Part shown: positions 53,524 through 64,000 of the stretch, piece after piece | Numbering within the stretch: the first letter of the stretch is position 1 | How the letters are laid out: each line of letters opens with the position of its first letter | Assembly (NCBI GenBank): GCA_003707115.1 | Contig: PPNB01000006.1 | Span: forward strand, 62,001-126,000 | Direction of reading: 5' to 3' | Source: Tortispora ganteri | Taxonomy: Eukaryota | Length of the DNA: 64,000 bases | Notes under the pieces: generated by a model | Seen by the model: the letters and a program-made list of their open reading frames with translations, nothing else | Told to the model about the DNA's origin: nothing | Databases searched by the model: none | Translations under genes and position numbers: made by a program

Positions 53524-55203
53524 ATGAATTGTCCCACAAGAGACCAGAATCCCGATGGGATTGCCTCCTACAATCAGCAACCAAATCCTTTCAGTTCAGA
53601 CCTAATATCATCCTCCTCACTTACATCTGCGCGTGATGCCAGGCATGCATCGGTGCTGTCAGGGGCCGATGACATATCGCTCCGTCCAATGGAACCAGAC
53701 AATATACTGATTAAACCTGCATCTAATAGTAACTCTACTGTGGCATCCAGAAGGAATACCACCTTTACGGTCCCCTTAATATCTAAATGGTGGCCTTACA
53801 TAAAGAAATTTGTCAAGTTCATTGGTCCTGGTTTCATGGTTTCAGTCGCTTATATGGATCCAGGCAACTATGCCACAGATGTATCTGCCGGTGCTGAATT
53901 TCAGTACAAACTGCTTTTTATGATTTTATTATCAAACATCATTGCTATATTTTTACAAGTCCTCTGCGCGCGACTTGGTTCTATTACAGGACTGAATCTC
54001 GCTCAAATGTGTCGTTTACACCTCCCTCCATGGCTCAACATATCCCTCTATGTTCTTTCCGAAATTGCGATTATCGCGACTGATCTTGCTGAAGTTATAG
54101 GCACTGCCATTGCTTTGAACATTCTTTTCCATATTCCCCTCCCTGCTGGTGTTGCGATTACTATACTTGACGTTCTACTGGTCATGTTTGCCTACAGACC
54201 CAACGGCACTATGAAAGCGGTCAGGTACTTTGAATTAGCAGTAGCTTTACTAGTTTTTGCTGTTGTTATCTGCTTTTGCATTGAGCTTGCAAATCTACCT
54301 CCCACTTCTGTTGGTGAAGTTTTCTTAGGTTTTGTGCCTTCCAAGGAACTACTTCAAAAGAACGGCTTGATTCAAGCCTGTGGTATTCTTGGCGCCACAG
54401 TAATGCCACATTCTCTCTTTCTTGGCTCCGGAATTGTACAGCCCCGCCTGCAGGAATATGACATATCGCATGGCTATTGGTCCAGACCGACTGACGATAA
54501 TGACCAAGAGCAATTCCTGAAATATCGTCCTACTCTCCAGGCTATTCAGAGTTCGCTTAAGTTTACTATTATTGAACTAACTGTTTCCTTGTTAACTTTT
54601 GCTATGTTTGTTAATTCTGCTATATTGATTCTCGCGGGTGCTACACTTTACAAAGAGGCTGATGCGGAGACTGCTGATTTATTTGCCATTTACAACCTGC
54701 TCTCAAAACTTGTTTCACCTGCCGCAGGTACTATATTTGCTGTTGCTTTGCTCTTCTCAGGGTTTAGTGCCGGAATTGTATGTACCATAGCCGGTCAGAT
54801 GGTATGTGAAGGTTTCATTAAGTGGACTATTCAACCATGGTTGAGACGTTTGGTTACAAGACTTATAGCTATCTTACCATGCTTGGCTATCGCATGCGCA
54901 CTTGGTCGTGATGGTATGGCTGTTGCTCTAACCGCTTCTCAAGTGATTCTTTCGGTTTTGCTTCCTTTTGTATCTGCTCCATTAATTTATTTCACATCTT
55001 GTAAGAAACTTATGAGGGTCGCTATTTCAAACGAACGGGTTATGACAGATCAAGTGGAAGACGAGGAATCTATGCCTCTAACTACATCCTATTTGGACTA
55101 CTCAAGCAACACGTTTGTTATCATTCTTGGTGCTTTGTTGTGGCTATTTATATCTGTCTTAAACATTGCACTTTTGGTTTTGACTTTCAAAGGACTGGCT
55201 TAG
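53524..55203 (+). CDS. NRAMP divalent metal transporter (Smf family)
   Basis: FIGPGFMVSVAYMDPGN, GATVMPH, TIAGQMV.EGF and many TM segments. Confidence 0.95.
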   Translation: MNCPTRDQNPDGIASYNQQPNPFSSDLISSSSLTSARDARHASVLSGADDISLRPMEPDNILIKPASNSNSTVASRRNTTFTVPLISKWWPYIKKFVKFIGPGFMVSVAYMDPGNYATDVSAGAEFQYKLLFMILLSNIIAIFLQVLCARLGSITGLNLAQMCRLHLPPWLNISLYVLSEIAIIATDLAEVIGTAIALNILFHIPLPAGVAITILDVLLVMFAYRPNGTMKAVRYFELAVALLVFAVVICFCIELANLPPTSVGEVFLGFVPSKELLQKNGLIQACGILGATVMPHSLFLGSGIVQPRLQEYDISHGYWSRPTDDNDQEQFLKYRPTLQAIQSSLKFTIIELTVSLLTFAMFVNSAILILAGATLYKEADAETADLFAIYNLLSKLVSPAAGTIFAVALLFSGFSAGIVCTIAGQMVCEGFIKWTIQPWLRRLVTRLIAILPCLAIACALGRDGMAVALTASQVILSVLLPFVSAPLIYFTSCKKLMRVAISNERVMTDQVEDEESMPLTTSYLDYSSNTFVIILGALLWLFISVLNIALLVLTFKGLA

Positions 55204-55494
55204 TCTTTTGAGCATTCTTGAAAACACGTATATTGTTCGATTCGCATAATGTATAACATAAAATCGTTTTATATTAAGTAACTAGTGAAATCAGTCTCCG
55301 CTATTATAATGTGGATAAACCTCAGAGGAGGAACTAAACATAATATACAAGGAACAGCGGACGTCTAAGAAATATACTAGTCAAAGTCTAAAAGAAATCA
55401 TGGACTATCGTTGCTATGTGTCCTCTACCACAGCCTATTTGGTAAACTCGCAGGTAAAAGTCTTGAGAACCACTTAACATTTTCACTATAACCA

Positions 55495-56058
55495 ATGTCT
55501 GACCAACCGATTAACGAAAATCCCACTGTACTAAGTGCTAATGATCTACCACAGCGAGAAGATGCTGCAAATTATACTAAGAATATTCTGCTCGATATTG
55601 TATCGGCCCCTCTAACTATACCTCTCTACGATTCGGATACTTCTTCTATTTCTGATTCCGACGAAGAAGAACCAATTGATGCGCAAGAAATATTTGATTT
55701 AATCTCATCAATATCCGACCCAGAACACCCATTGTCTTTGGGTCAACTCGCAGTTGTTAATCTTCCGGATATCTCTGTTAAACACCCTACTTCTACTGAT
55801 TATGGGTTGATACATGTAGTTATCACGCCAACTATTACTCACTGCTCTCTCGCCACACTCATAGGTCTAGGCATCAGAATCAGGCTAGAGCGTTCGTTGC
55901 CCCCATCTTACAGGATTGATATAACAGTTAAACCAGGCTCTCATCAAAGTCAAAATCAAGTGAATCGGCAACTTAATGACAAAGAACGAGTCGCCGCCGC
56001 CTGCGAGAACGATCAGCTTATGGGAGTAGTGACTCAAATGTTATCGACATGCAGATAA
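55495..56058 (+). CDS. CIA2: Cytosolic Fe-S assembly factor Cia2 (MIP18/FAM96B)
   Basis: ISDPEHPLSLGQLAVV, TPTITHCSLATLIGLGIR and QLNDKERVAAACEN. Confidence 0.95.
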   Translation: MSDQPINENPTVLSANDLPQREDAANYTKNILLDIVSAPLTIPLYDSDTSSISDSDEEEPIDAQEIFDLISSISDPEHPLSLGQLAVVNLPDISVKHPTSTDYGLIHVVITPTITHCSLATLIGLGIRIRLERSLPPSYRIDITVKPGSHQSQNQVNRQLNDKERVAAACENDQLMGVVTQMLSTCR

Positions 56059-56128
56059 ACAAATTGTGGCTAATGAAGAGATTTTCATACAAGCTTGTTT
56101 AATGTTATCCTAAAAGGGTTGAGACAAT

Positions 56129-58987
56129 TCATGAAGTGATCCCTAGTTCTTTGAATGCTTCGAGAACCTCCTCATCTAGGTACTTCGCAATATTTGGCTC
56201 AACCGATAACCCCTTTCTTTTTCTTGTTTTTAGCAGAAAATCTCGAGCTAGATCTGTTCCTTCAGCTACCTCTAAGTCTCCAACAATTGAATCTTTGTCA
56301 AGAGGATCACCGGGAACAACATCCCATTTTTCAAATACCAGCACCACCGAAGCCTGCCCTTGTGTTGCAACTCTCACATCTATCTCAAATCCAAATGAGT
56401 CTATCACAGGTATATGCACGTTAAAATAGTAAAGTTGTGTACCTGGAATAGGGCGTTTCTGAATGATCATACCTCGTCGCTTATTGATGATCTTTCTCAA
56501 TGGTAACTCCATGTCTTCCGGCCCATTGATATGGCCAGAGTATATTGGTTCTAACAACGCAGGTGTAGCCATTAGGAAAGCTATATACGCGACTCGTCTC
56601 GATGTCGGTATAATTTGGCCTCCATTTCTTGACGGTGCATTATCTGATATTTCCGCATTGGTTAGTTTAAACCGAACATTTCGAAGAGGTTCCTCAACTA
56701 AAGGTCCTTCCAATGTCGCCCACTGAAATCCTTGTTGTATATATTCTCTGCATGTCTCCAATAACTTCTTATTGACTCCTTCAATCTCTAAGGTGTCATC
56801 TTGCAGTATATTTGGTCCATATGTGCCTGGCCCAAAAGCCCAAATGGATCTCGCTGCTAAAACATCCCATCCGTACTGTTCTTGAAAATGTTTGGCTAAG
56901 ACCTTGCTCGTCCAAGATGCATCGATTACATGATTTTCAATGTCATTCACAATGACAGGTTCAAGAGGTTCTGCAATCATAGTCAATTTATTCTGCCCGT
57001 TTGGTGAAATGGCATAACATTGTAGTGCAGATCTATCTAACACAGTCTCAGCAAATCTTGTGGCGGGATCAGACACCTTTATATCGATTTTAGCGTGTAT
57101 TTTCCTTAGACTATATAGAACACAATCCATGTAAAGTTCTCCTGATCCAAGAAGTATGTGCTCTCCAGACTCTTCAACTCTAGTTTGAAGACTAGGAAAC
57201 GTTCGGTTTAAGTCGCGAAGCCCTTCAATCATTTTCGGTAATTCGCTCAGATTCACAGGCTCCACCGAAACTTTTACAACCGGCTCATTTATAAACTCCA
57301 GCGGTTTGAATCCAAATATTTCATCACTCCAATCAGCAGAGATTATAGTGCAGCTTTTATTAATTGTAGAGACAAAGCTGCCGCTTAAGAGTATTAAACA
57401 TCCTGGCCCAGCTCTATCCAGAGGTATTTTATATCGGCTTCCAGCCAAAAAGATCTCGTCGACACTGTAATCCACCGTATCTTCTAAGTCTAACTCAGTC
57501 ATATCCTCGCTAACAAGTTTGACTTTCATGTTTCTGGTGACTTCGCCGCTGAATATTCTACCTAAGCCTAGAAATATAGATGTATTATCCAGACAGACAC
57601 GAGTAACATGAACAACTAGGGGTCCTTGTGAATCTAGATCAATGATAGATTCAGTCAACTTTGAAGTCGCTGGCCCTTGGAAAAGGCGCTGAGTTCTTTC
57701 CTTGACAACTTTGGGAAGAGTAGGAATACTTTTAGCTATAGCGTCAACTAGTCCAGTGGATTCACCAAAAAATTCAGAGCAAACTATTTTCAGAAGCGGT
57801 TTGGCATCTAGTTTTAGCTGAACCGGAGAAATATGTATATTGAGAGATTCGAGCACAGTTAGCAACCTTGTTGGAGTTTCTGATATGACAGCAATAAACA
57901 GTTTATACACTGGCTCGAGCACAAAACTTGTGAACGCTCTAGGTAATACCCCATTGAATGGTACAAATTTTTGGGCTTGCGGGTCGTATGATATATCACC
58001 CCAGAGGCGCTCCGACAAAAATTCAGTATCTATTTCTATAGGGTAGTTAGATGCATATTGGCTCAAAGTAAATGACCAATGGTACTTAGCCGACGCAAAA
58101 ACGACATTGCCAGCTTGAGGTGACAGTATAGGAGCGTTGGTGTATAAAGATTGAATAATTCCATTTGCTGAATCAATTAAGTATTTTAGTTTATCATAAG
58201 CGTCGGAAGGGGGTATACGTAATTCTGTAATGAGTCGATCCAATTTATTAATGATCAGAACAATAGGAAGATTTCGTCTCGCAGCAAGTCGAATAATCGG
58301 GTAAGTTGATGGTTGCAAACCAGTAATCGTGTCGATTACTAGCACAATTCCATCACATAGTTCCATAGCGCATGCAGTTTGATCATAAAAATCAGGATGC
58401 CCTGGAGTGTCTATTAGATTAATAACATGCGACTTTCCTTTGCTGTTTGGAAGCAACAAAGTGATTGGATTCGCATTAATTGTGAGACCACGATCGCGTT
58501 CATATTGATGAATGTCAGTATACCTGAGTTGCTCATCTTGTCTCTTACCTATAAACAACGGAAAATCATGGGTCTGATAAACAAGCGAGTCAATTAGAGA
58601 TGTTTTACCCGATCTGAAATCACCAACAACAGCAACTGTACGAGACCATTCTGGGAAAGGCAAATTGTCTATCAGAAATTGTTTGGCGTAATATGTCTCG
58701 GGTACCTGGGATTCTTCCAGATTAAAATTATTGCGTACCTTTGGATTCACTATTGGCTCATCTATGTTTCGGGTGTCTTCTGTTTTATGCAGAACTTGAA
58801 CATCGCTACCAAAAACTTCATGCGAATCAGGGTAGTATTGTTTATCTTCGTGAAGCACTACAGCCTGTTCCCGCTGGTCATCCTGATCCATATAATTATC
58901 GGACAGCTCATTTACAGAAATAGACGCGGATTCAGAGGTGCTCTCTGCTTCTATCAGATTACCAAATTCGTCATATTCATCATTCAT
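56129..58987 (-). CDS. SNU114: U5 snRNP GTPase Snu114 (EFTUD2)
   Basis: YDEFGN, VVLHEDKQYYP, GKTS, DTPGH, NKLD, WDVLAARSIWAFGP and ARDFLLKTRKRKGL. Confidence 0.96.
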   Translation of the reverse strand: MNDEYDEFGNLIEAESTSESASISVNELSDNYMDQDDQREQAVVLHEDKQYYPDSHEVFGSDVQVLHKTEDTRNIDEPIVNPKVRNNFNLEESQVPETYYAKQFLIDNLPFPEWSRTVAVVGDFRSGKTSLIDSLVYQTHDFPLFIGKRQDEQLRYTDIHQYERDRGLTINANPITLLLPNSKGKSHVINLIDTPGHPDFYDQTACAMELCDGIVLVIDTITGLQPSTYPIIRLAARRNLPIVLIINKLDRLITELRIPPSDAYDKLKYLIDSANGIIQSLYTNAPILSPQAGNVVFASAKYHWSFTLSQYASNYPIEIDTEFLSERLWGDISYDPQAQKFVPFNGVLPRAFTSFVLEPVYKLFIAVISETPTRLLTVLESLNIHISPVQLKLDAKPLLKIVCSEFFGESTGLVDAIAKSIPTLPKVVKERTQRLFQGPATSKLTESIIDLDSQGPLVVHVTRVCLDNTSIFLGLGRIFSGEVTRNMKVKLVSEDMTELDLEDTVDYSVDEIFLAGSRYKIPLDRAGPGCLILLSGSFVSTINKSCTIISADWSDEIFGFKPLEFINEPVVKVSVEPVNLSELPKMIEGLRDLNRTFPSLQTRVEESGEHILLGSGELYMDCVLYSLRKIHAKIDIKVSDPATRFAETVLDRSALQCYAISPNGQNKLTMIAEPLEPVIVNDIENHVIDASWTSKVLAKHFQEQYGWDVLAARSIWAFGPGTYGPNILQDDTLEIEGVNKKLLETCREYIQQGFQWATLEGPLVEEPLRNVRFKLTNAEISDNAPSRNGGQIIPTSRRVAYIAFLMATPALLEPIYSGHINGPEDMELPLRKIINKRRGMIIQKRPIPGTQLYYFNVHIPVIDSFGFEIDVRVATQGQASVVLVFEKWDVVPGDPLDKDSIVGDLEVAEGTDLARDFLLKTRKRKGLSVEPNIAKYLDEEVLEAFKELGITS

Positions 58988-59134
58988 GGTATGGTATCAG
59001 CGGTGTAATAAATAGAGTTCTTCTGATACAGAGCCTCGGGAGAAAAAAGTAACTGTTGTCCCTCGGGACAGTTGACTAACTCCAGCCTGATTTCCTTCAT
59101 AGCGACTCATTCCCCCTTCTTCCTGGCAAATACA

Positions 59135-60331
59135 ATGGTTCCTCCTGTTTATATCGTTTCTTACGCTAGAACTCCTATTGGAAGATTTATGGGCCAACTG
59201 GCCCCGCTTTCGGCTACAGATTTAGGAGGTATTGCTGCCAAAGCTGCTCTTGAAAAAGTGCCTCAGATCCCCTTAGGTGACATCGATGAAGTGATTTTTG
59301 GTAATGTTATGTCGGCAAATGTCGGTCAAGCACCTGCTCGTCAGATTGCCCGTAAAGCCGGACTTCCAGACTCTGTACCTGCAACTACCCTTAATAAAGT
59401 GTGTGCTTCTGGAATGAAAGCTGCTATTGTAGGTGCGCAGTCTATTATCTGTGGCTCTGATATTGTCCTTGTTGGTGGCGCCGAATCTATGACAAATGTC
59501 CCATATTACTCTCCCTCTACTCGCTCTGGGGCTCGTTTTGGTGGCACTACACTAGTAGATGGCCTTGATGATGGTCTTCAAGACGCTTACGACAAAGTAG
59601 CTATGGGTGTCTTCGCAGAAGAAACCGCAGCTGAGTACAAAATCACCCGGGAACAGCAGGATGATTTCTCAATTCGTTCCTTCAAACGAGCACAAGCTGC
59701 ATATGCCAATAAGAAACTTGAGTACGAAATTACTCCGGTAATTGTCCCTGGGCGCAAGCCGACTACCGTCACAGTTGACGAGAATCTCTCTAGACTCGAT
59801 GAAGAGAAGCTGAGAGCTGCAAGACCTGCTTTTAGCAAAGACCCCAATGCTACTGTAACTGCTCCGAACTCTTCTGCATTAAATGACGGTGCTGCTGCTC
59901 TTGTTCTGGTCTCAGAGCGTAAACTTAAAGAGCTCAATCTGACCCCTATCGCTCAGATTATCGGCTGGGGTGATGCTGAACAACGTCCTCAGCGCTTTAC
60001 TACCGCCCCATCTTTGGCTGTTCCCAAGGCTATCAAACATGCTGGTCTCACTCCTAGCGATATCAGTTTCTACGAACTTAATGAGGCTTTTGCTGTTGTT
60101 GGACTGGCTAATTGTCAAATCATGAATCTCAAGCCTGAACAGGTTAATGTTTATGGTGGTGCTGTCGCTATTGGACACCCTCTCGGTTGCTCAGGTGCAC
60201 GTATCATTTGTACGCTTGCCTCTGTTCTTACTAATGAAGGTGGAAAGTATGGCGTTGCTGGTGTATGTAACGGCGGAGGTGGTGCTTCTGCCATAGTTAT
60301 TGAGCGTATCAGGCAAAGTGGACGTCTTTAA
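59135..60331 (+). CDS. ERG10: Acetyl-CoA C-acetyltransferase (thiolase II)
   Basis: VYIVSYARTPIG, NKVCASG, NEAF, GHPLGCSGAR and CNGGGG. First ATG at 59135. Confidence 0.94.
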   Translation: MVPPVYIVSYARTPIGRFMGQLAPLSATDLGGIAAKAALEKVPQIPLGDIDEVIFGNVMSANVGQAPARQIARKAGLPDSVPATTLNKVCASGMKAAIVGAQSIICGSDIVLVGGAESMTNVPYYSPSTRSGARFGGTTLVDGLDDGLQDAYDKVAMGVFAEETAAEYKITREQQDDFSIRSFKRAQAAYANKKLEYEITPVIVPGRKPTTVTVDENLSRLDEEKLRAARPAFSKDPNATVTAPNSSALNDGAAALVLVSERKLKELNLTPIAQIIGWGDAEQRPQRFTTAPSLAVPKAIKHAGLTPSDISFYELNEAFAVVGLANCQIMNLKPEQVNVYGGAVAIGHPLGCSGARIICTLASVLTNEGGKYGVAGVCNGGGGASAIVIERIRQSGRL

Positions 60332-60433
60332 GTACCTGAGTTTATTATATAAAAAAAATCGTAACCAGTAAAAACTATTGAGAAAAAAAAAATAATAATC
60401 TTTTTATTTTGATAACTTTCCTCACTTATCGCA

Positions 60434-63400
60434 TTATTTTCCCCTCTTCTTTGACTTCTTCTTCAGCTTCTCTACAGCAGCCATTTCTTCAGTATAGATT
60501 TCGTGCGCTTTTCTCTTCGAATCAGCTGCAGTTTTGTTACCAGTTTTAACGCTGAGAACACCTTGACCTTTAGATGCAACATTTTTGGCTCCCTTCTCAA
60601 CCGCATTCCATTCATCATCATCTCCACCAATCTCATACTGACTAAGGTCTAACGAATCAATTAGCGCACGTTGTTTCTCACGAAGTGCAGACTTGACCTC
60701 TGTAGATGCTTCGTGAAGATCTTCTTCTAATGGGATTTCCATAGGTCGCAACCCCATAGTGTCGTCTTCCAAATCTTCGATAGCACCTTCAATCCGTTTC
60801 TGCGTTATAGGAGCAGGCATTTCCGCTTCTATGGCTTTCGCGACAACTGTTTGCAGAAATCCAGTGGCTTTACGAACAGTTTTCGCAAACATAGCAATAA
60901 CTTGATTGTGAGGAAGTCCAAGTTCCTTACTCAAAGTGTCAAGTGTCTTTCTTTGTAATCCAGTTCCGAGAAGGATGGCCTGTTGAACACCTGAAAGGCT
61001 AACATCGGATCCGAACCTTCCAGTGAAATATAGTTGCGCAAGTAGCGGAAGCAGATCAACGATTACATGATAGTCAAGCAAATTGTTGGCATATGACTCA
61101 AGGCGTTTCATGTCAAATGGCGACAAAACAAAGTCCAGCTGCTCTTTCGAAATGGTCTTGACATCAAACTTAGGAACTGCTTCAATAACAGCAAGACCTT
61201 GGACAGCCGTGAACTTCGAAAAGTCATAAGATAGTAATGAAAGAAACCTTCTATGAAAATCTTTTGCAAACTCAGGAAGCCACGAAGAACTGCGGCTGTT
61301 TCCAAGCGCTCTCAATACAACAGATGAGTGTTCTCCTGTTAATTCATTGGGTGTCTGTCTAAGATAAACGGGGACAAACTCCAATCTTTTCCAAAACTTA
61401 AAAAGCTCAGTAGTCATACCAAAAGAAACACCTATATAGTGTAGTAGATTGGGCTTCTTTTCCGTAAGTTTAAGAAGCAACGGCGGCAGCACCTTAGAGT
61501 CTCTCACTCTCACATCATCCTTATCGTGTAAGGTATTACGACCGATATCTGCATCTGTCACTCTTTTTAAGCTGTATTCATCGCTCTCAGATATAGACAG
61601 TGATTCATCCAAAGGCGTAAATTTGCCTTCAAAATAATCTATTAAAAGCCTAATGGCACGAGATCCATAACCCATATTCATGTAATCTGGGTGAGTAGCA
61701 ATTCGCACTACACGAGCTCCCGATAAAGTCGCAAATTCCGAATCTTGAAACTGCTGCGAAACTAACCAAGGTATTAAATCTCCACCACCTCGCTGACCTT
61801 TAGACAGTGCCGACATAACGCTCTTTTTAGAGATCTTGCCTTCTAATGCAATTTGTATCACGCATAATGGTTCAGGAAGTCTTCCGTTTCCCTCGTCTAC
61901 TGGAGGAAGTAGAGCATAAAGTTGATGCGCAGGAGCATCAGACATTAACTGAAGATCATTAGGCGAGTTTTTGTAATGTGAGGAGACGTATAGAGTCATC
62001 ATTTTCCTCAGAAATACTTCAGAGACTGCATGATAGGAAAACAACGTGTCCCTGTTGACATAGAAAAGCTGACAGTCATCCGGATGCGGATAATTGGTCG
62101 GTTGTGTAATCGCACGCAGTCCTTTAGTAGGTGTACCAACGTCCAAGCATAGAAGATCGTTAAGCCATTTCTCTACAGGGTCACCAGGTGCATAACGTAT
62201 AGGTTCCTCAAGTGTAATTTCACGCAATGATCTAGCAGAGACAGAAGAACTGCTATCGGATGAAGACCTACCGGCAGATTGCTGGCGAAGCTGTTGCAAG
62301 AGTTTAAGGGAAAGAGATCTGCCTGTACCTTCATAACCATTGATAGTAGAAGCCATAAAAATCAAGTAATTACCCAGTAGCTTTTGAACTATAGGTAGTG
62401 GAATTGCTGCAGCTTCATCGATAACCAAAAGTTCAGCCTGTCCCAGCACATGAGCATCTGAAGGTTGGATGTATTGAATAGTTTGTCTGTGAGACCTGGT
62501 AATATTGACCCGAACAATAGCTTTGTTGAAAGCGGCATGGTTGGACTGCAGAATATCATAGTCAAGGTGTTCTTGGTAGCCGAGTGCATCAAAACCTTTA
62601 AATACAAACTGGAAAAGGGTTTTCAAGTTTTCGGGGGAGGGTGAAGTAATGAAAATGTTAGAATAACCATGTGCAATTGCAGCTGCTATCGCAAGCCCCA
62701 TAGCAGCTGATTTACCGCGGCCACGCGCAGCAGTAAGTGATACTGTCGCGCGCAATGTTTTCTCGGTTATAGCTTCAACAAAAGTAAGTACAGCATTGGC
62801 CTGATCAAGAGTTCTAGCAACAGATACAATAGATCCAACAGGTTGAGTATCTTTAAGCTTTTCCTTCAGTTCTTTTAGCTCTTCAGAGACTTTCGTTACT
62901 GGCTCAGCGTAAGGAAGTGCCTTGACATTTCTTGCACCTGAAATTGGTAAAACATTCAATTCATCATCAACAACTAAACAATTCGGATTGCTGCCTAGTG
63001 ATAATATAAATCTTTCGTTAAATCTACCCACAATATCGCCATGTGCTTCTGTTCTATATCGAGAGTGAACATCCATGGAAAGAGAATAAAGCTGTTTCAG
63101 AGAGTTCATTGAACGAAGCATCAAAACAATAAGTCCTCCGCCTTCAACAGTTTCTATGGTGCGAGCAAGAATATTAGGTGTCATGGCTTCAAAATCTTGA
63201 AGTATACACATACCGTATGTATTACCAAGAATTTTGTCAGTTTCCTTGTAGTATACATAACGGATATTTTGAACGGTTAAAAAAAGCTCAAACGGGTCTT
63301 CCTGGTTCACTTCACGTGTGCCTCTTTTTACCTCTTTTCTAATCTTCTTTTCTCTTTTTTTTCTATGTGATGTGAATCCGAGCAGCTCTGTTTTATAAGC

Positions 63401-63571
63401 CCATAAAACAGATCTAGTAGCCTTCACATCGACTGACGACAAAAGGTAGTGAAGGTTAGGCAGTTGATCTCTGGCTCTATCTCCCACAATAATGATAAAA
63501 GAACGTGTTTTTGTTTGGTGACCATTCCGTATCAGCGCAGGTATTCGCGAATCTATCGCTTTTTTGCCCAT
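60434..63571 (-). CDS. KRE33: RNA cytidine acetyltransferase Kre33 (NAT10)
   Basis: KKAIDSRI, TAARGRGKSAA, DEAAAIP, SHYKNSPNDLQ and RIATHPDYMNMGYG. ATG at 63571; the track start is a GTG. Confidence 0.97.
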   Translation of the reverse strand: MGKKAIDSRIPALIRNGHQTKTRSFIIIVGDRARDQLPNLHYLLSSVDVKATRSVLWAYKTELLGFTSHRKKREKKIRKEVKRGTREVNQEDPFELFLTVQNIRYVYYKETDKILGNTYGMCILQDFEAMTPNILARTIETVEGGGLIVLMLRSMNSLKQLYSLSMDVHSRYRTEAHGDIVGRFNERFILSLGSNPNCLVVDDELNVLPISGARNVKALPYAEPVTKVSEELKELKEKLKDTQPVGSIVSVARTLDQANAVLTFVEAITEKTLRATVSLTAARGRGKSAAMGLAIAAAIAHGYSNIFITSPSPENLKTLFQFVFKGFDALGYQEHLDYDILQSNHAAFNKAIVRVNITRSHRQTIQYIQPSDAHVLGQAELLVIDEAAAIPLPIVQKLLGNYLIFMASTINGYEGTGRSLSLKLLQQLRQQSAGRSSSDSSSSVSARSLREITLEEPIRYAPGDPVEKWLNDLLCLDVGTPTKGLRAITQPTNYPHPDDCQLFYVNRDTLFSYHAVSEVFLRKMMTLYVSSHYKNSPNDLQLMSDAPAHQLYALLPPVDEGNGRLPEPLCVIQIALEGKISKKSVMSALSKGQRGGGDLIPWLVSQQFQDSEFATLSGARVVRIATHPDYMNMGYGSRAIRLLIDYFEGKFTPLDESLSISESDEYSLKRVTDADIGRNTLHDKDDVRVRDSKVLPPLLLKLTEKKPNLLHYIGVSFGMTTELFKFWKRLEFVPVYLRQTPNELTGEHSSVVLRALGNSRSSSWLPEFAKDFHRRFLSLLSYDFSKFTAVQGLAVIEAVPKFDVKTISKEQLDFVLSPFDMKRLESYANNLLDYHVIVDLLPLLAQLYFTGRFGSDVSLSGVQQAILLGTGLQRKTLDTLSKELGLPHNQVIAMFAKTVRKATGFLQTVVAKAIEAEMPAPITQKRIEGAIEDLEDDTMGLRPMEIPLEEDLHEASTEVKSALREKQRALIDSLDLSQYEIGGDDDEWNAVEKGAKNVASKGQGVLSVKTGNKTAADSKRKAHEIYTEEMAAVEKLKKKSKKRGK

Positions 63572-64000
63572 ATTTTTGCTCTGTTTCACAAAAGGTAGCT
63601 TTGGTCGTACCGAAGAAAAAGAGGAACGTAAGGATGAAAGAAAAAAATAACTTCTTGAACCCTAACCCGATGACATCTCCCAAATTTGGCGAGTGGTGTT
63701 GGCCTTAGATACAGGATTATCCCGTCCGCACATTGATCGCTTTTGCCTTCTACATAACATACATGGAATGTCCGTTATGCGGGTTCCAGCGCAGACGAAT
63801 GCTATGCCGGCGCTGTACCAATAACTTAGTGCTAGGTCGGAGACTGGCGCTTGTCGCAATGCTAGAAGAGCGGCATCAGGCTAGCAGTAAGATCAAAGAG
63901 CTACTTGGGAAAGCGAGCGATGGAAGACGAAAGGCAACTTTCACGATGCTAGTTAAGGCTAGAAGAACTAATGCTGGAATTAGTGAAGCAATTGAAACGG

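Noticed and set aside
37815..55203. ATX2 and the NRAMP gene as a manganese cluster
   Set aside because: About 15 kb apart, with unrelated genes and the gap in between.
63859..64000. Partial ORFs at the window end (plus strand from ATG 63859, or a hydrophobic minus frame ending at 63876)
   Set aside because: Too short to choose between strands or assign a product without the next window.

Overview
This is a gene-dense fungal chromosome segment, most likely from an early-diverging budding yeast (Saccharomycotina). CTG is read as Leu and introns are short, of the GTAAGT/GTACGT...CTAAC...YAG type. I can support about 33 protein-coding genes, mostly housekeeping: DBP10, FAD1, peroxisomal Lon, a DNAJC8-like gene, DBP4, OCA1, U1A, VMA8, SYF1, ERV29, ARF1, OMA1, a Far1/Ste5-like scaffold, PDA1, RPL16, CCT8, NHP10, an F-box/WD40 gene, RMD1, URA7, MSS2, BUD21, ATX2, HAT1, SmG, RRF1, an NRAMP transporter, CIA2, SNU114, ERG10 and KRE33, plus one tRNA-Glu(TTC). 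The standout is an ~8-kb AT-rich gap with no recognisable gene (41.2-49.2 kb) in a window whose other intergenic gaps are mostly under 0.5 kb. It holds a diverged ~355-bp direct repeat, small palindromes, decayed ORFs and a cluster of 15 GTGGCG/CGCCAC hexamers; it is a candidate regional centromere with a possible sequence-specific binding motif. Other points of interest are a spliced SmG gene missed by the ORF track whose stop codon overlaps the RRF1 start (ATGA), an unusually long 529-nt ARF1 intron, and a possible solo LTR abutting the tRNA. All calls come from reading the sequence and recalled family motifs; no searches were run.
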